DNA from: Candidatus Azambacteria bacterium RIFCSPLOWO2_01_FULL_46_26
Lineage (GTDB): Bacteria > Patescibacteriota > Minisyncoccia > UBA9936
NCBI GenBank assembly: GCA_001774105.1
Contig: MEYT01000005.1
Location: forward strand, 3,826 to 42,592
Reading direction: 5' to 3'
DNA length: 38,767 nt
In this document: one piece after another, positions 7,964 to 16,480 of the stretch
How the letters are laid out: each line of letters begins with the position of its first letter
Numbering within the stretch: position 1 is the first letter of the stretch
Notes under the pieces: model-generated
Seen by the model: only the letters and a program-made list of their open reading frames with translations
What the model was told of the DNA's origin: nothing
Databases searched by the model: none
Made by a program: the position numbers and the translations under genes

Positions 7964-8999
7964 ACCATGCTTCCAATTCTTTTTCGGTCACTTTTCTTTT
8001 CGCCATGATGATTTTTCGCTTTTCCAAGGCGTTCGGCGTTTCTTTGAATAGCCGATAAATCGCTTTTAGCGAATATTTTTCAAACGCCAGAACGTAAAAC
8101 CATGAACCGACTTCTTTGATTAAAATTCTCGGCAAATGCTTCAAAAACAGGATCGGCGTTTCGTTTTTTATCTGCATCAAACGCTGATTTTTAAAAGCGT
8201 AATATTTCGCGAAAGGATTGATTTTCAGCCGTTCCCTGACTATCGCGAAATAATTTTTTGCCGCGCTCTCTCCGGCGCCGCGGAAATGATGCGCCACGGC
8301 TTTCGGCTCATAAACCGCTTTCCAGCCGGCAAGCCGCAGGCGCCAGGCGAGGTCAACGTCTTCTTTATACATAAAAAAATCCTCGTCAAAATATTCGTCC
8401 TTGATTTTTACGTCCTCCAAGGCCGACTTGCGGTAAACCGGAACCGCGCCGTCAACGCCGAAAATCTCCCGCGCCTGCTCATATTGTCCCCTGTCTTTTT
8501 CTCCCTGTCCGCGGCTGATTATTCTTCTGTTCTTCAGCATAACCAACCCGGCGCTGTCAATTAAGCCGTTTAACTCAAAATCGTTTCCTTTTTTTTCTTT
8601 CAGCCGCATGACTTTTCCCTGAACCGCGGCGACTTCAGAGTCATGAAACGGTTTTAAAGCGCGCTCAACAAACGTTTCAGTCAAGACGGCGTCTTGATTA
8701 AGGCAGATTATAAATTCTCCTTCGGCCCGTTTGATGCCAAAATTGTGTCCGCCGGAAAAACCCATGTTAGCTTTCAGCTTATAGGTTTTAGGTTTCAGGT
8801 TGCCGGAAAAAGATTTTAAAAGTTCGTCTGTTTTTTCGGGGGTGCCGTCGGTTGAATTATTGTCTATGATTAAAAATTCTATGTTGGGATAGCTCTGCCG
8901 CAAAACCGAATTGACGCACGGTTCAAGAAATTTCAGGCCGTTGTAAGTCAGGAGATTTATTGACACCAATGGTTGAAGTTTGTTCATGAGATCTTTCAT
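7956..8999 (-). CDS. Family 2 glycosyltransferase (rhamnosyltransferase-like architecture)
   Basis: VSINLLTYNG, FLIIDNNSTDGT and ICLNQDAV, then DEDFFMYKEDVDLAWR. The start could be 8999 or 8987. Confidence 0.85.
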   Translation of the reverse strand: MKDLMNKLQPLVSINLLTYNGLKFLEPCVNSVLRQSYPNIEFLIIDNNSTDGTPEKTDELLKSFSGNLKPKTYKLKANMGFSGGHNFGIKRAEGEFIICLNQDAVLTETFVERALKPFHDSEVAAVQGKVMRLKEKKGNDFELNGLIDSAGLVMLKNRRIISRGQGEKDRGQYEQAREIFGVDGAVPVYRKSALEDVKIKDEYFDEDFFMYKEDVDLAWRLRLAGWKAVYEPKAVAHHFRGAGESAAKNYFAIVRERLKINPFAKYYAFKNQRLMQIKNETPILFLKHLPRILIKEVGSWFYVLAFEKYSLKAIYRLFKETPNALEKRKIIMAKRKVTEKELEAWFE

Positions 9000-10566
9000 C
9001 TAAAATATTTTTGACGCTGAATAAAATTGCCGTGGAAGCGGTAAAAAATAACAGCACTTTATCGTTCAAAAGCACTACATCAAAAAGATTATACCCCAAG
9101 ACCCAAAAAATGTAAAGTCCGAAAGACGCGGCGAAAACGGAAAAAACCGGCTCTTTTGACTGTTTTAAAATTTGATGGGAAATCCTGAGCATTTCTACAA
9201 AAATTAAAATTAAAACCAAACCGGCCGTGATTCCCGCTTCCGAGGCGACGTCCAAATACAGATTGTGAGCCGAGGCGCCTTTTTTCCCCGCTTCAATGTC
9301 CTGCTCAAGCACCCGCGGATAATTTCCCACCCCAACCCCCAAAAACGGCCGTTGCGATATCGCTTTCAAACTCTTTTGCCATATCTGCAACCGAGATAAG
9401 TTGGAGGTTTCGGAAATGTCCGAAATTGATTTTGCTCTTTTAAACGCCAAAGCGAACGAAGAAGGAACGTATTCGCCTTCAGGGCTTTCCTGAGACGCGC
9501 CTAATAAAACCGAAACAACCGGAAAAAGGAGGACAAGAGCGGCGAACGAAAGTAAAATCGGCTTTAACACGCTTTTCCAGTCGGATTTTTTGAAAAAGAG
9601 GTAAAGGCCGACGGCGAACGGCAAGGCCGCGCTTAACCAGATGCCTCTGGAGCCCGACAAAATTACCGCCGACAGAAAAAATACCAAAACTGGGTAATAA
9701 CCGAATTTCTTTTTGCCGTAAAAAACGGTTAATAAAATCGGAACGCTCAAAACCATGAATAAGCCGAAAGAATGCGAATCCGGAAACACCGAAAAAAGCC
9801 GCAAAGACGGCGGACGGTCGGCGTAATAAGAAAACCATGTGTTGCTTACCGCCAGCAGTTCTCCGAGCGCCCGGCCGTAAAAAACCGGAATGACGTTTCC
9901 TGCCCACCATTGCCAAAAATCATAAAGCGAAGCGAAAAATATGGAGATAAACTGGCCGTATCCGGCAAACAGCGCGACGGCCGCGGCAACGAACAATGCC
10001 CGCGCGACTTTTAAAATTGCTTCTTTAGTTTTCGCGACGTTTCTTATAACGACGAAAAGCAAAAAAGCGTTGATTAAAAAGAGCAACTTCTTGACTCCGG
10101 CGACGGCGTCAACCGCCGCGAAAAGCGATAAAGCACCGATAATCAAAAAAAAGCCGGCCAGATATTCCATCAAATAATGCTTGTGTTTTTCGATTAATTT
10201 TATTCCCTTCAGCCACGACTCCGACTTTTGCCTGACGAGAGCAAGGCTTATCCCCCGTTTGAAAAACAGCGCCAAAAATAAAACCGCGAGCAAAATCCGC
10301 CAATTTGACATTGAGTCAAACGCGGGCGTTACGGGCAGGGCGACGAAAAGCGGGATTGAAGCGATGAACAAAAACAAAGCGTCGTCCAAAGAAGCAAAAA
10401 TTATATAACCCGCGAGTCCCGCGGTCAGCGGCCAGGCAAACCAGCGCGGCAAAAAATCAAGCGCCGTCAAAAGCACAATCAAAACCTCAAAAGAAAAAAC
10501 GATGTATAGCGGCTGTAAATATTTTGGCAATTTCTTTACAGCCTCTTCCATTCCCGCATTTAGCAT
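8923..10566 (-). CDS. O-antigen ligase / polymerase-like polytopic membrane protein (Wzy_C family)
   Basis: At least 10 predicted TM helices and a periplasmic loop with the SAHNLYLDVASEAGI motif typical of Wzy_C/WaaL proteins. The start is trimmed from the track start (10632) to ATG 10566, which directly follows the upstream stop. ATG 10551 is also possible. Confidence 0.75.
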   Translation of the reverse strand: MLNAGMEEAVKKLPKYLQPLYIVFSFEVLIVLLTALDFLPRWFAWPLTAGLAGYIIFASLDDALFLFIASIPLFVALPVTPAFDSMSNWRILLAVLFLALFFKRGISLALVRQKSESWLKGIKLIEKHKHYLMEYLAGFFLIIGALSLFAAVDAVAGVKKLLFLINAFLLFVVIRNVAKTKEAILKVARALFVAAAVALFAGYGQFISIFFASLYDFWQWWAGNVIPVFYGRALGELLAVSNTWFSYYADRPPSLRLFSVFPDSHSFGLFMVLSVPILLTVFYGKKKFGYYPVLVFFLSAVILSGSRGIWLSAALPFAVGLYLFFKKSDWKSVLKPILLSFAALVLLFPVVSVLLGASQESPEGEYVPSSFALAFKRAKSISDISETSNLSRLQIWQKSLKAISQRPFLGVGVGNYPRVLEQDIEAGKKGASAHNLYLDVASEAGITAGLVLILIFVEMLRISHQILKQSKEPVFSVFAASFGLYIFWVLGYNLFDVVLLNDKVLLFFTASTAILFSVKNILDERSHEQTSTIGVNKSPDLQRPEIS

Positions 10567-10567
10567 A

Positions 10568-10774
10568 TTAAAACAAGGGATAAACCTGCAAAGCATATCC
10601 GAGCCCGATGCAAGCAATCCCCAAAATAGCAAGCTTTTGCTCTTTCTTCATTGTTCTAAAAACATCCTCGTCAACTTTATGTTCTTTAAGCACGTGATAG
10701 TGAACCATAATCACCGTTAAGGCGACCATTATTTCGCCGGCCGTTTGAATTGTAAGTCCGATAAGTTGCTGCAT
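10568..10774 (-). CDS. Small two-TM membrane protein, unknown function
   Basis: MQQLIGLTIQTAGEIMVALTVIMVHYHVL...LAILGIACIGLGYALQVYPLF has two hydrophobic helices. It sits snugly between GT4 and the ligase-like gene. The track ORF is trimmed so it does not overlap the GT4 gene. Confidence 0.45.
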   Translation of the reverse strand: MQQLIGLTIQTAGEIMVALTVIMVHYHVLKEHKVDEDVFRTMKKEQKLAILGIACIGLGYALQVYPLF

Positions 10775-10796
10775 AATAGTATTATATACCCTGAAA

Positions 10797-11942
10797 TTAG
10801 AACCGCAAACGCGCCAATGTTTCGGCGGCGCATTGTTCCCAATCAAACCTTTTTACGTTTTGCAGGCCCGATTCAATCAGATTCTTCCGCAGGATTTCGT
10901 CGGTTAAGCCGGAATATATTGCCGAAGCGATTTCGGACACGCTAGCGGGATTTTCAACAAAAATAGCCGCTTCTCCGGCAATTTCCTTGAGCGACCCTTG
11001 GCGTGTCGTAACAACCGGCACGGACGAGGCCTGCGCCTCAATCACCTGCAAGCCGAAACCTTCATAATCGGAAAGCCAAATGAATAAATCCGCCGCCTGA
11101 TAGAGCACAACCAAATCTTCTTCGGAAACGGTTTCCTGATATATGATTAACGGAGCGCGGGCGAGCGCGTTTATCCCGAGCGCAATTTTTTTAACGTCAA
11201 TAAAAGGACGGGTGCTGTTTTTGCCTATGACTAAAAATTGATAATCCGGCAGTTTTTCGGCGATTTGGGAAAACGCATTCATTGCCTCTTCCGCGCGCCG
11301 GCGATTGAAAATCGAACCGATGTAAAAAATGAATTTATTTTTTATGCCGTATTTTTCTTTTATTTTTTGTCTGTCAAAAATCGACGGTTTCTTGAATTTT
11401 TCTTCAACCCCCAAATGAGTGACAAATACCTTTTGAGGACTGACTTTGTAGTATTTAACTACTTCGCTTTTGGTAAATTCCGACGGCGCGAAAATAACGC
11501 TTGCTTTTTTCGCCGAAATTTTTGAAACCCGCTTCAGCAAAATTTTGTCGGCCCAGGACGGCCAGCTGAAGGCCTTTGGATTGACTTCATAAAAAATGTC
11601 GTGCAAAGTCACCGCTGTTTTACCGCCGTAAAAAACCGGCAAAACATAATAAGGCGAGAAAAGGATGTCGGCTTTGTCTTTTTTCGCGGCGCGGGACAAA
11701 AGCCAATGAACGAACAGGGCGTTGCTTTGAAATCCGAAAGGCGCGGTCAGAATTTTTTTAACAAATTTTTCCTCGGCCAGAAAATCAAGCTCTTTGGGAA
11801 TTTCTTTTTTGAAATAAAGGATAAATTTTACTTGCGGCGCGGTTGAAACATCGTTCCAAACTTTCAACAAATTAAATAAATAGCGGTGCGCCGCCCCGCC
11901 TCGTCCGATTTCCAAATTGTGCGCGTCAATGCCTATGGTCAT
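10797..11942 (-). CDS. GT-B fold glycosyltransferase (CAZy GT4 / Pfam Glycos_transf_1 type)
   Basis: The C-terminal half has SDYEGFGLQVIEAQASSVPVVTT (E-x7-E motif); 381 aa. Confidence 0.85.
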   Translation of the reverse strand: MTIGIDAHNLEIGRGGAAHRYLFNLLKVWNDVSTAPQVKFILYFKKEIPKELDFLAEEKFVKKILTAPFGFQSNALFVHWLLSRAAKKDKADILFSPYYVLPVFYGGKTAVTLHDIFYEVNPKAFSWPSWADKILLKRVSKISAKKASVIFAPSEFTKSEVVKYYKVSPQKVFVTHLGVEEKFKKPSIFDRQKIKEKYGIKNKFIFYIGSIFNRRRAEEAMNAFSQIAEKLPDYQFLVIGKNSTRPFIDVKKIALGINALARAPLIIYQETVSEEDLVVLYQAADLFIWLSDYEGFGLQVIEAQASSVPVVTTRQGSLKEIAGEAAIFVENPASVSEIASAIYSGLTDEILRKNLIESGLQNVKRFDWEQCAAETLARLRF

Positions 11943-11948
11943 AAAAAT

Positions 11949-12884
11949 TCAAGAATTTAAAGTTATGGGGCCGGTTCTGCCGCGGTAAAAATCCGAAATT
12001 CCGTTTATCGTCGCCTTCGCCCATGAACGCTTTGAAGGGATGAGCAATTTAACGATCTGCTTGGCGAGCGTCCAGGCGATTAATAAATGAACGATTGATT
12101 TGGTTAAAACGGTGCCGTGACGCCGGGATAAAATCAATCCGTTGCGGACATGATAATAGATGTAATTAGGGGAAAATTCCTTCGTTGAAGCGGAAATTTT
12201 ATGCCAAATCTTCGCGGCAGGCGCCAAAACGATTTTATATCCCGCCTTTCTCGCCCGCAAATTCCAATCGGCGTCTTCATAATACAAAAAATAATCCTCC
12301 ATCATCGGGCCGATTTTGTCAATAACTTCTTTTTTTATCAAAAGCGCGCAGCCGGTTATGTAGTCGGTTTCAAAAAATTTCGTTCCGAGATCCCGCGTCT
12401 CGCCGTAATGAAGATGCGTTGCTTTGTTTCTCAACCGATTTATCCTGCTCCCGCCGAACCAAATCCTTCGCGGCTCGTCAAAAAAATAAATCACCGGCCC
12501 TAAAACGCCTATCTCCTTGCCGCTTTCCCCGACTTCAATTAATTTCGTCAGAAAATCCGGGGCGACCGTCGTATCGTTGTTCAAAAGCAGAACGTAATCG
12601 GCTCCGCTTTCCAACGCGTATTTAATGCCGAAGTTATTTCCGCCGGCAAATCCCAAATTGAATTGCAAATCATAAACCGCGGCCCGCAATTTATTCGGCG
12701 GAGAATTTAAAAATCCTTTGATTCTTTCCACGGAATCGTCGGCTGAGCCGTTATCAATAACCAAAACTTCACAGTTCGGGTAGTCGATTTTTTGCAGCGA
12801 CTCAAGGCACCCAATCGTATCCCTCCAACCATTCCAGTTTAAAACAATAATAAAAACTTTTGGAATTTTTAATTCTTGCTTCAT
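11949..12884 (-). CDS. Family 2 glycosyltransferase
   Basis: VFIIVLNWNG, VLVIDNGSADDS, LLLNNDT and MEDYFLYYEDADWNLR. Confidence 0.85.
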   Translation of the reverse strand: MKQELKIPKVFIIVLNWNGWRDTIGCLESLQKIDYPNCEVLVIDNGSADDSVERIKGFLNSPPNKLRAAVYDLQFNLGFAGGNNFGIKYALESGADYVLLLNNDTTVAPDFLTKLIEVGESGKEIGVLGPVIYFFDEPRRIWFGGSRINRLRNKATHLHYGETRDLGTKFFETDYITGCALLIKKEVIDKIGPMMEDYFLYYEDADWNLRARKAGYKIVLAPAAKIWHKISASTKEFSPNYIYYHVRNGLILSRRHGTVLTKSIVHLLIAWTLAKQIVKLLIPSKRSWAKATINGISDFYRGRTGPITLNS

Positions 12885-13600
12885 GCTTCTTGCTTCTTAA
12901 TTCTTGATTGAATTACCAACCATGGAAACACAATAACGGCGTTAAAAATTCTTTTTGCTCGCTTCGGTTCCATCATCAGCCGCCACAGCCATTCCAGTCC
13001 CAGTTTTCTCATAAGCCGCGGCGCCCGCTTTATTTTTCCCGACAAAAAATCAAACGCCCCGCCGACTCCCATCGCGACTTTCACGGACGGAAACCGTCCC
13101 GCGTTTCGGTAAATCCATTTTTCCTGTTTCGGGGCGCCCAGCGCGACGAATAAAACTTCCGGTTTAAATTTCAAAATTGCCTCGCCGCAATTTTCGTGAT
13201 CCTCGTGAAACGCGGCGATTAAAGCCGGGTATCTTTTTCTTAAATTAAGAATCGCCGTTTCCGCGGCTCCGTTTTTCCCGCCCAGCAAAAAAACTCTTCG
13301 GCCGCTTTGTTCCGCCAATCGGCAAATTTTTTCCATAAAATCAACGCCTGATATTCTTTCCTTGAGCGAAAAAAGCGGCGCCGCAAAAAAAAGGCCGGCG
13401 CCGTCCGGCACCGCCAAATCAGCCCGGTTCAAAATCTCTTTAAATTCTTCGTCGGATTGGGCAGCAACGGCAAATTCCGGATTCGGAGTCGCGATGTAAT
13501 GCCGCGACGGCGACGCCAAAAACCGCTCCACTTCTTCCAGAGCTTGAGCGCGCGTCAAATTATCAACTTGAACTCCCAAAATGTTTATTTTATTCTTCAT
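12881..13600 (-). CDS. WecB/TagA/CpsF family (GT26) glycosyltransferase
   Basis: A 239-aa protein with GVQVDNLT..., ATPNPEF, VPDGAGL, VALGAPKQEKWI and the RAPRLMRKLGLEWLWRL C-terminus, all typical of TagA-like N-acetylmannosaminyltransferases. Confidence 0.85.
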   Translation of the reverse strand: MKNKINILGVQVDNLTRAQALEEVERFLASPSRHYIATPNPEFAVAAQSDEEFKEILNRADLAVPDGAGLFFAAPLFSLKERISGVDFMEKICRLAEQSGRRVFLLGGKNGAAETAILNLRKRYPALIAAFHEDHENCGEAILKFKPEVLFVALGAPKQEKWIYRNAGRFPSVKVAMGVGGAFDFLSGKIKRAPRLMRKLGLEWLWRLMMEPKRAKRIFNAVIVFPWLVIQSRIKKQEA

Positions 13601-14177
13601 TTTCGACGACCTTGCCTAATTCAACGCTCTCCAAGACCGCATACTCCGGCCCGCCTCTTTTTATTTTGCTCTCCTTCAGTTCCACGCTTGAAACGTAAAA
13701 AGTTAAATTGATTTTTTCGCCGGCAAATTGATTTTGCGCTCCTGCCTCGCGCCATTCCCTTTGCAAAATTCTTCCCAAAGTTATGTGGGGACGGAATTCC
13801 CTGCTTTCTTTTCTTAAATAACCTGATTTTTGGGAATGAAAAAAAGCGTCTTCCAGCTCCCGCTTCAACTCGGCCAGTTCTTCGCTCGGTTCCGCTTCGG
13901 CCCAAATCATCTTCGGCGGACCTTCGTGCGGCCCAAGTTCTATCCGACTCAAACTGACGGAAAACGGAGGCAGTTTTTGGGCAATCTCCCTCGCAATTTT
14001 GGCGATCTCAAGGACTTCCTCGTCGGTCGCGTAACCGATAAAAACTAAGGTAATGTGCAAATTATCGGTTTTCGTCCACCTTACCGGCAAATCCCGCCAC
14101 TTTTCGCGCGCCTTTTTCAAGCCGCTCCTTACGTCAGCCGGCAGATTCACGGCGATAAAAATTCGTCTTTTTGGCAT
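13590..14177 (-). CDS. 2H phosphoesterase (LigT/ThpR-type RNA 2',3'-cyclic phosphodiesterase / 2'-5' RNA ligase)
   Basis: MPKRRIFIAVNLP... carries two H-x-T-x motifs (NLHITLVFIG and RPHITLGRI). The track ORF (to 14495) is trimmed to ATG 14177. The upstream extension is low-complexity and overlaps a better-supported plus-strand gene and promoter. Confidence 0.8.
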   Translation of the reverse strand: MPKRRIFIAVNLPADVRSGLKKAREKWRDLPVRWTKTDNLHITLVFIGYATDEEVLEIAKIAREIAQKLPPFSVSLSRIELGPHEGPPKMIWAEAEPSEELAELKRELEDAFFHSQKSGYLRKESREFRPHITLGRILQREWREAGAQNQFAGEKINLTFYVSSVELKESKIKRGGPEYAVLESVELGKVVENEE

Positions 14178-14188
14178 GATTTTATAGG

Positions 14189-14217
14189 TTGAATAATAAC
14201 ACAAAAATCGGTATAAT
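14189..14217 (+). promoter_or_regulatory. Sigma-70-like promoter for the small-ORF/def/fmt operon
   Basis: TTGAAT (14189..14194), a 17-nt spacer, then TATAAT (14212..14217). AGGGA lies 7 nt before ATG 14233. Confidence 0.55.
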
Positions 14218-14232
14218 AAAAGGGAACGAAAT

Positions 14233-14526
14233 ATGAAAAAAATCAATCCCGAGGCCGTTTTGAAGCCAAAAATACAACTCCACTCGGAAGCGCATGTTCT
14301 TGCCGATGAACTTTCTTGCCATTTCCGCGAACCGAAAAAATTCGCGATGTATCTGGGCGTGACAAAAAAAATAGGAATTCGCGCCTGCCGGCGGTTATTT
14401 TCTGAAATCAAACAAAGCGACGCGAAAGAACCGGCCAAACTTTTTATGTATAAAGTAAAACAATATAATTTGGAATTAAAAAAGAAACATGGCAAAACTC
14501 GCGCTGGAAACAGGAAAAAGCAATAA
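14233..14526 (+). CDS. Small basic protein of unknown function, first gene of the def-fmt operon
   Basis: A 97-aa ORF with a good promoter and ribosome-binding site. The C-terminal tail is basic (KKKHGKTRAGNRKKQ). It overlaps the def start by 38 nt. Confidence 0.5.
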   Translation: MKKINPEAVLKPKIQLHSEAHVLADELSCHFREPKKFAMYLGVTKKIGIRACRRLFSEIKQSDAKEPAKLFMYKVKQYNLELKKKHGKTRAGNRKKQ

Positions 14527-15031
14527 AATCTTGAGAACCGAATCGCGGACGGTAAACGATTTTTCCGATCCCGATTTAAGAAAATTGATCGCGGAAATGG
14601 AAGAAACTTTGCGGCTTACCGAAAACGCCGCCGGGCTTGCCGCGCCGCAGGTTGGCAAAAATCTGCGGCTTTTTGTCATTATTCCGGAATTGCCCGCCAA
14701 AGGCGCCCGCCTGCCGGACGGGCAAGAATCTGTCCCGGGTAAAAAAGCGCCGACCGTTTTTATTAACGCCGAAATCGTAAAAAAATCGCAAAAAGAACTT
14801 AGATTGGACGAGGGATGCCTGAGCTTGCCCGGCCTTTTTGGAATCGTTAAAAGGGCGAAATGGGTAAAGGTGCAGGCGCAGGACGAATTCGGAAAAAAAT
14901 TCAAATTGAAAGCCGAGGGATTTTTATCCCAATTGATACAGCATGAAATTGACCATTTAAACGGCAAACTTTACGTTGATCGGGCGGAAAAAATGTTCAA
15001 AATTGAGGACGATGAAATCAAAGAGCTTTAA
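14489..15031 (+). CDS. def: Peptide deformylase
   Basis: All three signature motifs are present: GLAAPQVG, DEGCLSLPG and QHEIDHLNG. Confidence 0.93.
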   Translation: MAKLALETGKSNKILRTESRTVNDFSDPDLRKLIAEMEETLRLTENAAGLAAPQVGKNLRLFVIIPELPAKGARLPDGQESVPGKKAPTVFINAEIVKKSQKELRLDEGCLSLPGLFGIVKRAKWVKVQAQDEFGKKFKLKAEGFLSQLIQHEIDHLNGKLYVDRAEKMFKIEDDEIKEL

Positions 15032-15042
15032 GCCAAACGCCA

Positions 15043-16011
15043 ATGCCTGAAAAAAACGAAATAAAAATTTTATTCTTCGGCACGCCGGAAATTTCCGAAA
15101 CCGCGCTTTCCGCCTTGCTTCGGAACGGTTATCCTGTCAGAGCCGTCGTGACAAATCCCGACAAACAGGTCGGCCGAGAACAAAAAATTACTTTTTCGGC
15201 GGTGAAAGAAACGGCTTTAAAAAATCAAATTGAAACGCTGCAACCGGAAAAATTGAAGGATCCTGAAACGATAAAACAAATCAAGAATTTAAAAGCCGAT
15301 TTAATCGTCGTCTCGGCTTACGGAAAAATGATTCCCAAAGAAATTTTGGATTCGGCCCCTCTGGGCGCGCTCAATATTCACCCGTCGCTTTTGCCCAAAT
15401 ATCGCGGACCTTCGCCAATTCAATACCCCATTCTTGGCGGCGATCAAGAAACCGGCGTTACCATAATGCTGATTGACGAGCAAATGGATCACGGCCCGAT
15501 ATTGGCCCAAAAGACATTTAAAATCGCTTCCGGCGAAACCGGCGAGACACTCTCGGCCAAATTGGCCGAAGAAGGCGCGAACCTGCTGATTGAAACGATT
15601 CCGCTCTGGCTCGATAAAAAAATCTCGCCCCGGCCTCAGGACGAATCCGAGGCAACCTATACCGACCTTCTGACCAAGGAATACGGGAAAATCAACTGGG
15701 ACGACGACGCCGGAAAAATCGAACGGAAAATCAGAGCTTTTCACCCATGGCCCGGAACTTACACTCATTACAAAATAAAAGACGGCGTCAAATCGTTGAA
15801 AATCATAAAAGCGACCACGGCTTCGTCGGACGAAATCCCTGAAGCGAGGCCCTGCGGCTCGGTCTTTTTGACCGCCGACCGGCGAATGACGGTCAAAACA
15901 AGCAAAGGATATTTAATTTTGGAGGAACTTCAGCTTGAAGGGAAAAAACCGATGAGAGCGGCGGAATTCCTCCGCGGCCGGCCGGAGATAGTCGGAAAAA
16001 TTTTGACGTAA
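15043..16011 (+). CDS. fmt: Methionyl-tRNA formyltransferase
   Basis: ILFFGTPE..., NIHPSLLPKYRGPSPIQ and the C-terminal Fmt domain are present. The gene lies 11 nt after def, the canonical def-fmt pairing. Confidence 0.93.
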   Translation: MPEKNEIKILFFGTPEISETALSALLRNGYPVRAVVTNPDKQVGREQKITFSAVKETALKNQIETLQPEKLKDPETIKQIKNLKADLIVVSAYGKMIPKEILDSAPLGALNIHPSLLPKYRGPSPIQYPILGGDQETGVTIMLIDEQMDHGPILAQKTFKIASGETGETLSAKLAEEGANLLIETIPLWLDKKISPRPQDESEATYTDLLTKEYGKINWDDDAGKIERKIRAFHPWPGTYTHYKIKDGVKSLKIIKATTASSDEIPEARPCGSVFLTADRRMTVKTSKGYLILEELQLEGKKPMRAAEFLRGRPEIVGKILT

Positions 16012-16016
16012 AAATA

Positions 16017-16047
16017 AAAATTCCTCCGAAAGATTCGGAGGAATTTT
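16017..16047. terminator. Bidirectional intrinsic terminator between fmt (+) and the zinc-ribbon gene (-)
   Basis: TTCCTCCGAA (16021..16030) pairs perfectly with TTCGGAGGAA (16034..16043). An A-run lies upstream and TTTT downstream. Confidence 0.7.
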
Positions 16048-16060
16048 AAATTTATTTTAA

Positions 16061-16390
16061 TTATTTCTTCGCCGGAGGAAAACATTTGAAGCGCAAAATT
16101 TGCCGCAAAAGGCCGAAAAACGAAAAGAACATTTTGGCCTCGGTTCTTAAACGGACGTAGGAAATTTTTATCTTGCAATCGTCGCACCAAAGATACTGCG
16201 TTTCCGGCCAGCTGTGAGGATAATCTTTCTGAAACTCGCCGCAATTTGGGCAGATAAAAAGATAAAACGGCAATTTGCCGCTCCATCCCTCTTTTTGTTC
16301 TTCGCCCATCGGCACTTTGAAACCGAGACGGGCTAAATTCTTTTTCCGTTCCGGAGCGTTTTCAACGTCCAACCTGTCTTTCGCGTCCAT
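16061..16390 (-). CDS. Zinc-ribbon protein with a hydrophobic C-terminal tail, unknown function
   Basis: CPNCGEF...(18 aa)...CDDCK is a four-Cys ribbon. The C-terminal segment MFFSFFGLLRQILRF is hydrophobic. GAGGTG lies 5 nt before the ATG. Confidence 0.55.
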   Translation of the reverse strand: MDAKDRLDVENAPERKKNLARLGFKVPMGEEQKEGWSGKLPFYLFICPNCGEFQKDYPHSWPETQYLWCDDCKIKISYVRLRTEAKMFFSFFGLLRQILRFKCFPPAKK

Positions 16391-16427
16391 CCTGACACCT
16401 CGCTTTGATTGTTAAAATTCTTACGGA

Positions 16428-16456
16428 AGAATACCATTTAAAAGTAAATTTGTCAA
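16428..16456 (-). promoter_or_regulatory. Candidate promoter for the zinc-ribbon gene
   Basis: The minus strand reads TTGACA (complement of 16451..16456), a 17-nt spacer, then TATTCT (complement of 16428..16433). Confidence 0.4.
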
Positions 16457-16480
16457 ACAAAAAAGGATGCGGTATTGGCC

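Noticed and set aside
9479-9916. Nested same-strand or out-of-frame ORFs within larger genes: 9479..9916, 13621..13905, 22563..22769, 25391..25588, 26023..26295, 32667..33092, 35975..36343.
   Set aside because: All lie wholly inside longer ORFs that carry clear family motifs or TM-helix patterns. Their translations are Arg/Gly/Ser-rich frame artefacts.
10567-10846. Upstream extensions of the Wzy_C-like ORF (to 10632) and of the small membrane ORF (to 10846).
   Set aside because: The extensions overlap the preceding genes by 65 and 50 nt and add non-hydrophobic, odd sequence. Internal ATGs directly after the upstream stops give compact, non-overlapping genes.
14178-14495. N-terminal 106-aa extension of the 2H phosphoesterase ORF (the track ORF 13590..14495 starts at 14495).
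   Set aside because: The extension (MPCFFFNSKLYCFTLYIKS...) looks non-protein-like. The family-typical N-terminus MPKRRIFIAVNLP begins at ATG 14177. The region also holds a good plus-strand promoter, ribosome-binding site and ORF (14233..14526).
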